Below, in pieces: positions 27,701-39,700 of a DNA stretch of 64,000 nucleotides. Position 1 is the first letter of the stretch. Each line of letters begins with the position of its first letter. The stretch lies in NCBI GenBank assembly GCA_963514005.1, contig OY740787.1, positions 70,990,001 to 71,054,000 on the forward strand, given 5' to 3'. A model generated the notes under the pieces. The model saw only the letters and a program-made list of their open reading frames with translations. It was not told where the DNA came from and did no database searches. The stretch is from Raja brachyura. Taxonomy: Eukaryota. The translations under genes and the position numbers were made by a program.

Positions 27701-30700
27701 AGCTGCAGGCATGTTATAGGGCGGGCAGTACATGCAAAAATAAACAAGTTGTTATTTAGATTGCTCAGCCACTTTGTCAGTGGAAGGTCACACAAATGAC
27801 TTGACATTAAATTCTTAAAATAACATTAATATATCAGAGTAATTCATTTTGTTTACTCTGATGTAAATGAAATGTAAATTTATCAATATAGTACATTGAA
27901 TCAGTATTGCATATACAGTATGTGCACATGATGTTTTGTGGTGCTTGAGAAACAAATATGAATGTTTACAATCAGGCATGGATTCTTATTGTAAGTGCAA
28001 CTTCGCCCATCTCACCTCGTAATAAGCCTCTACCCTTGCTGGCTTCTTCAACTGGTGCCTTAGCATCTGTAGTGAGATAGTAACATATTTATTATTGCAT
28101 CATTACAGTCTCACAAGTCAATAATTGTAAAGTGTCTTTCATAATTAGGGGGTAAAATCATGAGGCTAAAAAAATGTATTGCACTTAAATGCAAAATATA
28201 TCATATATAATATATTACATATATTACGTATGAAATTATAAATGCCACACAAAAAATAATTAAAAATGATACTTTCATTTTTTTAATATACTAAATGGAG
28301 GTGTATTCATGCAACCAGAGGAGAATTAACATGAAAAATATGTATTTGGTTAGAATGAGAGAAATGTAAAACCATATGATTTGAATGGTAATCGGTCTTT
28401 GCCTTACGAAATATAATGAAATGATTTAATTAATTCATAATCCTGTTAATAGCAACATTAAAGCAATTTAAGACAATTTATCCTTGGGAGCCATCAGACT
28501 CTGTCGACAAAACATAAGCCACAGACATGAATTTACATTTAACACGACAGCCACAATACATCATGCACATAAACACAACTTGAATTGCCAGGAGAAACAA
28601 ATACGTTTAACAAAGATGAACACACACAACATAAAGGAACATTTATCCATTTTTCAAAGCACAAGAAATGAAAAATCAGTTTGGCAGGTGTGCAGCAGTC
28701 CTCTCACCTCGGCGTCTGTAAGGCTTTGAAGGAGTCTCAACTGCACCTTCATGCAGTTCTTCATCATCTTCATACTCCCAATCAGCTGATGAGCCACCTT
28801 CCTCCTCTTCAGTTAATTCCCATTCCCAGTCTTCTTTGCCCTGTAATTCTTCTATTGACATTTCTTCTGATTCTATTTCATAGTCTTCTGATGATGATAT
28901 TCTCTCAGACGGAAGTTTTTTCATCTGTACTATCTCCTGCTCTTTATCTGTAGGACTCTCTTTGTCAGCTTTAAGATGTGCAGCATCTCTGGGAGTGAAT
29001 ATTTTCTTTACAGGAATTTGCTGTGACTTTTCTTCAGCTGCAACTTCCCTTGAGGGAACCTTCTTCAATTCTAGACGATCTTTTTGATCTTCCGAAACTG
29101 GAGTTTTTCTCTTTCCAGTTTTATATTGTACTGTATCAGACAAATCCCTGGGAGTCAGTACTTTCTTCATTGGTATTTTGTGTTGCTTTTCTTCCACAGC
29201 AACCCCTTTCGAAGATACCTTCTTAATTTCAATATGATCTTTCTCAGCTTCTGGCACTGGAGTTTTTCCCTTTCCAGGTTTATAATGTACTGTATCTGAC
29301 AAATCCCTGGGAGTTAGTACTTTCTTGATTGGTATTTGATGTGTTTTTTCTTCTGCTGCATCTTCCCTTGAGGAAACCTTTTTTAGTTCTATATGATCTT
29401 GATCTTTCAAAACGGGAATTCTTTCCTTTCCAGTTTTATAATGTACACTATCAGATGTATCTCTGGGTGTCAGTACTTTCTTCATTGGTATTTTCTGTGG
29501 CTTTTCTTCCAGAGCAACACCTTTTGAAGAGATCTTCTTTATTTCAATATGATCTTTCTCTGCTTCTGACATTGGGACATTTTCCTTTCCAGTTTTAAGG
29601 TGTGGAACATCAGGTGTATCTCTAGGGGTCAATACTTTCCTCACAGGTTTTTTCTGTGGCTTTTCTTCTACCACAATTTTTTTTGATGGGACTTTCTTCA
29701 CCTCTGCACGATCCTGCAGTTCCTCCAGTTCCTGTAAAACTGTTTTTTTATTGTTGTCAATTTTAGTATCTGCAATTGATTGTTCATCTTTAGAATCTGC
29801 TGTAAGCTTTTTTGTTAATTTATCAATCTTTTGTGGTTCTTTTTCACCTACTGATTTTCCTCTTGAGCGAATATCTTTCAGGTGGACCATTTCTTGTTCT
29901 TCTTTTGTAATAGGAAATTTCCCTTCACTAATTCTTAAAGGAATTTCATCATCTTTTTCTTCACAGGGAAATGTCTTAGGAACACCAATTTCTTCTGCAG
30001 TGAATTCAGGTACCCGTTTTGATGCAGGTGTTTCTAAAACAATCTCCCTAGGTTCTCTCTCAATTGGATAAACATCTATATCTTTCAATATTTCTTTTTT
30101 AGGAGATGGTTCACTTCTTATTTTGGGAATACCAATTTTTGTGAGATTAGGTGTTTCTGTTTTCTTCCCAACAGGCTGAGGAAGTGTTCTACTTATTTTC
30201 AATGTCTCATGCTTTTCTTCTTCTTCTTCCTTTTCCACAAAGAATTTACTAGGCTTTGTCAATGGTGGGGTCTTCTCCTTCTCTGTATCAGGAACTTCAG
30301 CCTGCCTTATTAATTTTTTCCCCCTATCTCCTATCTTTACAGAAGCTGCTTCCGATCTAGTTATAAACATGGATTTCTCTTCATTTTTTCCAGCTTTAGG
30401 AACACCAACCTTTTCCAGAATCATTTGTTCGTCTGTATCTTTCTCATCAATGCATATTTCAAGTTTCTTTGACACACCATGTTTTTCTTTTAAAGCTTCT
30501 TTTTTAGGAGTTATCTCAAACTTTTTGAATTGTACTTTATCTGCTTCTTCCTTTTGTCTGGAAATATAATCGAGTTTCTTAGATTGTGCAACTGGTTCTT
30601 TATCTACTTCCTTGAGTGCTACCTTACTCATTATTTTTGGTAATATTTTCAAAGCTTCATCTTTTACAGTGGAGATTTCCCCTTTATCTTTGTCTATTTT

Positions 30701-33700
30701 ATGAATCTCATCAACCACCTGTACAACTACTTCTCTTTTTATTTCTATCTCTTGCAAAATAATACCAGGTGTTTTTGGCAAGGTATAATATTCATCAGCT
30801 TCAATTTCATTAGGTATTTCAGTAGATCTCCTGAGTTTTAACCCTATGTCTTTGTCATCTTCTTTATGAAATCTTGCTTCTTCATCTTTCTCTTTCTCTG
30901 GAATCTTACTACGTTTCTTCAAAATTGAAATTTCTCTTTCTTCTATTTCTTTTCGAATATGCACTGCAGGTTTTAGTTTCAAAGATGACTTGGGTTGTTC
31001 TGCGGCTACAAAGGTTTCATATTCAATTTAGTGACAAATTAACAAAGAATTTTGCAATCTCCTAAAAGAATAGTCTAACATCAAAACAGTCTCCAAACCA
31101 CACTGGTTCACCAAATAAAAACAGACCATGAAATCTCTCCATAGTCAACAACATTTCAAAATGAACACATTAACAGAAAGAATCACAAGACAAGTAACAT
31201 AAATTGTAACTACTTAAATGGACTGAAAAGACAATTTGATACAACTAGTACACAACATTTAGGATCCAAGGGAAATCTATATAATTTTAGTTTTACACAC
31301 AAAATTGAACAAAGATTGTATATGTTGAATATTTTTAAGTTTAAATACAATAAGGTTTGAGAAATTGTACCTTTAAGAGGTTTCTTGACTGGTCCTGGTG
31401 CACTGATAGGAAGTGTAGTAATAGGCACTTCTTCAGTTTCTGTCACTTTGAAAATAAAAAAACAACAATTTTATTAACCTGAAAATCAAATCTTAAAATT
31501 CAATATTTTGTGGAAATGTGACCCTCCTAATAATAATAACATTTAAAAAAATGTATGCATCCCATTGGATGACTCATTATAATTCTGTTTCATTTTCCTT
31601 CTGTTTAAGTCATATTAAAGTCATACACCTTATTAAATATCTCCGATAACTAACATCCCGACATTTTCAAAGAAGCAATCACATAGATTGAATTTCAAAA
31701 TTATCTATTAATATTTTCATTTATGATTACATTCTATTACTAATTAGATTGCAAACATATCTCCTGGTAGTAAAATGAAAATGAGGGACAGTTAAGTTAA
31801 TGAAGAATTAAGAACTAGCACCATTAATTGAGCAATGAAATCATGAATTGAAAGAAGCATGAACAACAGCAAATTAGGGAATATGATGAAATGTAGAATG
31901 TTGGATGGATTTTTCATGTGATACAAGATGATGAGTGACGCTCATTTGTATACCTTCCTCTGGTTCCAGATCTTGTATCACTGTAGAAGTGACTAAATCA
32001 GCTTCAGGTTCAATCTTCTCCGCAACTGTAGTCACTTCAAAACATATTATTGTTCAAATGTTTAGGTTTTATCTATATGACATATCCAAGTAACTAGACA
32101 TGTCCAATACTCAGTTATAAAAGTAATTTTGGAACATTGTTAATAAAGGTCACTTGAATGGCCATTTCTTAATCTTGTTATGATTTTTTTTTTTTAAGGA
32201 ACAATTGAGTGTTAATTATTTATATAGTTTTAATATTCATGCACAGGCAATGATAATGGCTAAAATAATGGCAAATATATAACTATAAAAATGTGGCCTA
32301 TGGAAAATCATCCAAAAATCTACATCAATCATTATAAGCTTATTTGGGCAAGAAATAAGATAATTACCATAGAATCCTACTTCTTAAATATTGTTATCTG
32401 ATTAAACCAAATTTGGCCTTTGTAAGCCAACGTCCACATTTTACTCTGATGGATGGTAAGAAACCTTATATCCAGTAATAATTGGAGAACCTCTACTTTA
32501 ATCCCATAAACAGACATTAGTTTTGTGAAGCATTCCTAAAATGCTTAAGTTTGTAAACTTTTGTACTCCATAATGAATGTCAACAATAAGATGTAAATCA
32601 AGACAAGAAAGAAGAGATCCAGGGCAACTAGAAAACATTTGAAATTTTGCTGATAACTTAGACATAAAATTATTACGACAAGCTGCGTGCCTTGTAAGGA
32701 ACATCCCTAAAATGCAACATTCAACATTTCCGATTCCCTTCCACTGATTGTGAAAAGCAGTAGCTGCTTTTAAACAGAGTCTTCTAATAAAGTAATTTGA
32801 TACCTTTCTGTGAAATAATTTGCTCCTTCACTGGCGGTGCAACTTCAGTAAGTTTTGCACGTGGAATCTTCTTATCAGCATCAGTAATTCTACTGGGTAA
32901 TATTTTCTTGTCAACTTCAACAACTTTATCACGTAAAATCTTCTCTGTGGACTCAACAACTTCATCAGTTAAAATTATCTCATCAGCTTCATGTAAAATC
33001 TTCTCATCAGTTTCAATTATTTCTTCAGGGAACATGATCTTGTCCACCTGAATAGTTTCTTCAAGTAAAATCAATTCATCAGGCTCCGCACTTTCCTCAT
33101 AGAAAACGGTTTCACCAACTTCGATAATTTCCTCACTTAAAATGTCTTCATCAGTCTCAACACCGTCCTTGGGTAAAATGATGTCATCAACCTGATTAGT
33201 TCCTCTGTATGGAATTCTTTCGTTGGACTCAATAATTTCTTCACAATAAACAATTTTGTCAACTTCTGTAGTTTCTTCATGGAAACCTTTCTCGAAAGCT
33301 TCGGAGTTTGAGGAAAAAGTTTCATAATTTTAGTTCAAAGTTTAAAAATTGTGTGGAAAGAATATAAAAGCAACAAACGTTGCCACATAAAATGAGGTTA
33401 TTTTAAAATAAAAATTGACACAAATATCAAGACATAAAAATGTAAAATAGACAAAACGTCACACATATAAGACTAACACCAAAATAATAAAAATGCAAGA
33501 AACAGGAAAGATCATGATGAAAAGAGTTAAAACATGGAAATGGAATACACTAGTTATTGAATGAAATCCATGGAACATTGAGGTTATTATCAGTATCACA
33601 TGTGGCATGATCATGTAGATGAAGGAACTGTTACTTCAGTACCTTTTACTGAAATAATCTTGTGTTCTGCAAAGGTGATTGGAGTAACTTTTTCAGGCAT

Positions 33701-36700
33701 AGGTTTTCTGGCAACTTCAAACATTTAAAGACATGGTTAGACATTATTCAAACTAATCTAAGCTACATTCAAGATAATTTTTAACAGCAAAACACAATAG
33801 TAACAATGATATATGTATCTCCCAAAATGAAAGAGCAAATTTATATAGAATTCACAAAACTGAAAGAGGTAATTTGGCTCACAGCTCTATTATGATGCCT
33901 ATCCATATTTTAACCTTTTCCTCTCCTAATCCCATCTGCATCAATCCACTACACCACTAATTTACCAACCATGTTAACAATCTTTGTGATTATTTCATAT
34001 TTATATCATATAGTGATTGATTCTCTTACTAATATAAATATAAATATTTTCCCTGAATCTACCTTATCAAACCCTTCAGAAATATTGAATTTTTCTGAAG
34101 TCTTTCCCAACAGTTGCAGCCTCCCAATCTCACGATTATTCTTCCAATCCTTTTAGTTTTTGAAACTTTGATACCCTGTTTTAAAGCGGAACCATGCACT
34201 GGATTTCAATGTGCAGTCTAACGGTTTCTTCATAACTTTACCAATAGTCATCTGCTTTTCAATTTAATTCTATTGAAATTAAACATTGTCTCTTATGACT
34301 CAGTGGCTATTTTTCTTAATCATTTGAAATGTGGCTTGGGGCATTACCTACTTTAAATCTACTTTAAAAAATGTACGTTAATTCTCAAACGTATACATTT
34401 ACCTGTACATGTATTCCATTTTTACAATGTGTCAAGACATTTTTGAAGCACAATAACACAATAAGACCAACAGGGTAGACATAAAATACATGACTACAAA
34501 TATACAGATGAAGACAAACATCCCAGCATTGCACTGGTAGCACTAAAAGAATAGCAATCCAAAGATGTGAAGTTCCGAGGTAGATTATTAAGAGAAGATT
34601 CCTCTGTCACCCCACCATCACCTCCCCCCACCTCACTTGGAAAAATAAGTGAAATATGCAACTTAATTCTGAGTTTCAAAGCAGCACTTGTGTATCAAGG
34701 CAGGCCTTTCCAATTTTTCAAGACAGACTCTACTATTTTTCAATTACATTAAACACCAGCAGAAATCACTGGTGTCGTGCACTGGTTGTGCACAAAGAAG
34801 AATTTAAAAGATATTACTCATTTAATGCTTTTGAAATTTAGTTCGATAGAAGATAATGGAAGTGATTTCCAAAGTGAAATACAGTGCACAAATGGATGCA
34901 TTTCTACCTTTATTTCATTCTCATTCTACATTTCCCATAATCAGAAAATATGCTACACCGAATGACAGACAGAGAAAACAATTAGCACAACATATATATA
35001 TAACTGCTTTTTCAACTGTCTTTAAATCATTTAAAAAGACTGCATATTCTTTAAAAAAATAAAATCTTATTTGGCATTAATAAAAAGTTGATAAAGCTGA
35101 TAATTAAATGAAAAATTAGTAAACATCAGAAAAGTATATTTTGGAATGTATTTTTAAAAATTGATTTAAGAATGCAGTACAGTATGTTTTTTCCCTATAA
35201 ACCTATAAATATCACTACATTTCTAAAAATGCCAAGAAATTCTACAGGCATGGAAAAGGACACATAGATCCTTAAGTCTGTTCTGCCAATCAATTTCTTA
35301 ATTTTGCATATTTTTAGTTCTGATTAGGTTGATTAATTCAATTTGTTTCTTAGGCCTTCAAATTCGAATACATTCATTGCGTTCTTTGAAATGAGATTCA
35401 TATAATCAATAAGTAAGTACATTCTGAAAAAAATCTCAAAGCAGCTATTATACAGTTTGTGATAAAGGTAAAAATGTAATACACATTTTGAGACAACAAA
35501 CGAGCACATTTACAAAACATTACTGACATGTAAACAAAAGAATAATTTCTACAAGCCAGCCAAGCACTGGTGAAGTTCAGAGTAGAAAAAGAGCATTTTT
35601 TCTTAGCACACATAAGTGCTGGTTCTGTACCTTTTTTAGCCTTTTCAGGAATGAGTTGGGCTGTTCTTGAAACAGTGATAGGTGCAGGTTCAGCCTTCTT
35701 GACAATTTCAGGCTCTTCAAATATCATTACTTTTCAAATTGAGTATTCGGTAAGATAAACAAATATAGGCAAAAGAATAAACAAACAAATATAGACAAAA
35801 GAATAAACAAACAAACAGAAAAATAAATTGATTAGTACAACCTGGAATAGCTGACATTTAGATTTCAGAGAACATTATAATTATTTACAAAAGGCTGGAG
35901 TATCTCAGCAGGTCGGACAGCACCTCTGGAGAAAAGGAAGAGGTGACATTTTGGATCGAGACCCTTCTTGACCCGCAATGTCACCTCCTCTTTTTCTCTA
36001 GAGTGCTGTCTGACCCGTTGAGTTACTCCAGCTTTTTGTGTCTATCTTTGGATTAAACCAGCACCTGCAGTTCTTTCCTACACATTATAATTATTTATAA
36101 TTGGAAATGTTTTTAAAATTTGAAAATAATTTTCACAAAACAGGCTTGTCTTATAACTTCATAATATTTAGAAAATCCAACAGACAAATTTGAAGAATTG
36201 AAGTTAGACATTTTCTCTTAACTTCTGGAACCGTGTTTCACATTGAAAGTGCACAGAACGAATGGAAAAAAATATACCCCTCACAGATCCAATGTCAAAC
36301 AAGGTCGAACAATTTTAATCCAATTCTTGGTAACCATTGCACCTCAGTGCAGAACTCTCACTTATTACCGGTAAATTGATAATCTATCCAGAATTTACAA
36401 AATAGTTCTTGTGATTCTAATGTTGAAATTAAGATCATTAGATCTGGAAACTGATTATCAGTGCAAGAAATGGGAAATGATTTAGTCTAGAGCCACATAA
36501 TATCTGTGTGGGATCCTTGTCTACCTGCACTCACCTGCCCTGGATGCGGAGGGCTAATCTCGCAGACCCACTGCACCTGAGAGTTGGACTAGGAGGTCCA
36601 AATGATGAATAGGTCTCAATCAGCATAGACCTGTAGCCTAGTTTCCACAACATCCCTGACAAGGTTTGGCAGAAGGCAAAGCTATGGTGGAGCTTTGATT

Positions 36701-39700
36701 TGTGTCAAAGTTCTCAAACATTATTATAGTTTTTAAATACCACTGATATTCGAAGACATTTAATGACAATTAATATTGAGGTAAGTAATTAAAACTGATA
36801 GTAACATATTAAAGAATATTGTTAATTAAACACATAAAAGCACAAAAACAAAACAAGAGTTGAGCAAATGCTCTGCAAAATGCTTGCATGAAATATGTGA
36901 GTAAAAATTATCTTTGAAAAGAAGACAAAACGATGAGTGAAATCAGCCATCTGTATAATTGGTGCTCAGCAGTGCTCTGTTATGTGTGGCTGTGGTAGTT
37001 TAGTTTTGCCCCACTTTCTTGGTGTGTTGTTTTACCTTCTTGTGGTTCAGGTTTCTCAACTTGTGGAACAGATACAGGCTTAACTTCTTCAGCGACTGGT
37101 TTCTTCGGAATCTTAGCAACTTTCAAAAGACATTATATTTTAAAATTTAAATGATAAAACAATCAAATTTAACAAAATAGAAATTCACACTGTACACCAC
37201 AAAGAATGGACACCACAAAGCATGCATAATACACCTCTGAGATTGACTTTTATACCTATTCAAATAAGAAACTGGGTTTAATTGTAAAGTGTGAACACCT
37301 CATAACTTTTCCACTATGTGCAATACCCTTGATTGTGCAATAGGGTTTATAACAATAACAACACATAAATATATCAAAAGAAACAAGGGCAGATAATAGA
37401 ATTAGTAATTAGAAAGTAGCAAGGTACTTATTTGTTACATAATATTTTTAGCATTTAAACCAACAAAAAGAAATCTACCTTTTTCTGGAGTAACCACTTT
37501 CTTCAGTTTCAGTGGTTCAGGAGTTGGCTTCTTAGGAACTTCGGGCACTGCAAGAAATATTACATTTTTAAGATGATATGGAACTATTGTAACTATACAT
37601 GCAAATAAAACAAGCTCACATAACACAAACAATGAGGCAGTAATATTCAGCACATAATATTTAATCTTCTCCAGAAAACAAACTGGATGAGAAATTGCTA
37701 ACTGTAGTTATGGAGAAAATGGTACATGATTACCTTGCAAACAACATGCTAAACTAGCCCAAAGCAGTATTGGCAGGAAAGCTAGGATTTGTGAACTTAG
37801 GAAGAGTTAACCTTTCAGGTTTATTATTTTTTTTATCAATAGAATGGTTAAATGATAATTGTTCAATAGAATTTATAACAATAATACATACAGTGCCCTC
37901 CATAATGTTTGGGACAAAACCCCATTATTTATTTATTTGCCTCTGTACTCCACAATTTGTGATTTCTAATAGAAAAAAATCATGTGGTTAAAATGCACAT
38001 TGTCAGATTTTAATAAAGCCCATTTTTATACATTTTTATTAGTCCCCCATTTCAGGGCACCATAATGTTTGGGACACAGCCATGACATGAAACTGAAAGT
38101 AGTCATGTTTAGTATTTTGTTGCATATCCTTTGGATGAATAGCCTTTAATTGTCATTCAGACCTTTCGGTCTGAACGAAATTTCGTGCCTGCAATCATAC
38201 ATATATTAAAAATAACAAAACCACACAATAAACACAAAAAATAACATCGACCACAGTGAGTTCACCAAACACCTCCTCGCTGTGGTGGAAGGCAAAAGTC
38301 TTAGAGTCTCTGTCTTCTTTCCTCCTTATTCTCCCTCTGCGCTGAGGAGATCCAGGCCTCCGATGCTGCCGTCCACCAGGCCCGCGGCCGAGCCTCCGAA
38401 ACCGTGCTGCCGCCACCGTTGTCGCCGGAACACCGCCACAGGGCCCGCTGCCGGAACGTCGCTGGAGCACCGCAGCTCCAAAGCCAGGTCGCCGATGGAG
38501 CACCGCAGCCCCGAAGCCAGGTCGCCGCCGGAACGTCGCTGGAGCACCGCATCCCCGGAAGCCAGGTCACCGCTGGAGCACCGCAGCTCCCGAAAGCCAG
38601 GCCGCCGCTGGAGCACCGCAGCTCCCGAAAACCAGGTCGCCGCTGAAGCTCTGAAAGCCGTGCCGCCGCCGCTGGAAGCTGGAGGCCGCCAGCTCCGCCA
38701 TTAGGGCCTCAGCACAGACGGAGACGGTGTCGGGGGACACGACAAGAAAAGTCGCATCCCCCCGAAGGGAGAGACTAAAACCCTGTTTCACCCACCCTCC
38801 TCCCCCCCTCCTCCCCCCCCCCCCCCCGCCCCCCCACACACACATACCAAAAATAATTGCTAAAAACAGGCACAAAGACAAAAATAAAATAAAAGACAGA
38901 CGGACTGCAGGTGAGCCGCAGCTGCCAAGCAGCGCCGCCACCTCTGGTGCAATGACTGCTTGAAGTCTGCGATTCATGAACATCACCAGTTGCTGGGTGT
39001 CTTCTCTGAGGATGCTCTGCCAGGCCTGTATTCCAGCCATCTTTAGCTTATGCTTGTTTTGGGGGCTAGTACCCTTCAGTTTTCTCTTCAGCATATAAAA
39101 GGCATGGTCAGTTGGGTTCAGATCTGAATTGACTCAAGAATTGACATTTTTTTAGCTTTGTAAAACTCCTTTGTTGCTTTAGCAGTATGAGATCATTGTC
39201 TTGCTGTAGAATGAACCACCGGCAAATGAGTTTTGAGGCATTTGTTTGGAACTTGAGCAGATAGGACGTGTCTATACATGTCAGAATTCATTATGTTACT
39301 ACCATCAGCAGTTGTATCATCAATGACGATGTGAGCCAGTACCTTCAGCAGCCGTACATGCCCAGGCCATAACACCGCCACCTCTGTGTTACACAGATGA
39401 GGTGGTATGCTTTGGATCTTGAGCAGTTCCTTCTCTCCTGAATACTTTGCTCATGCCATCACTCTGATATAAGTTAATCCTCGCCTCATCTGTCCACAAG
39501 TCCTTTTTTCTAGAACTGTGGTTGCTCTTTTAAGTACTTCTTGACAAACTGTATCCTGGCCATCCTATTTTTGTGGCTAACCAGTGGTTTGTATCTTGCA
39601 GCGTAGCCTCTGTATTTCTGTCCTCAAAGTCTTCTGCGGACAGTGATCATTGACAAATCCACACCTGACCCCTGAAGATTGTTTCTGAACTGTCGGACAG

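Noticed and set aside
28676-30982. 768-aa ORF as a stand-alone gene
   Set aside because: It starts at a TTG, is bounded by splice sites in titin's phase and has PEVK-like composition, so it is treated as an exon.
4560-33051. Many + strand ORFs (e.g. 5616-5909, 18897-19202, 19275-19592, 26237-26542, 26830-27150, 29751-30071)
   Set aside because: These are antisense shadows of titin exons, Ser/Phe/Leu-rich, with no independent gene signals.
34020-34330. Possible extra PEVK exon near a ctacc donor-like site
   Set aside because: No convincing PEVK frame or acceptor; it looks like a very old LINE remnant.
38195-39094. Stack of six-frame ORFs (similar stacks at 43059-43695 and 46131-47008)
   Set aside because: Stop-poor GC-rich retroelement sequence; the frames are not conserved among the three copies.
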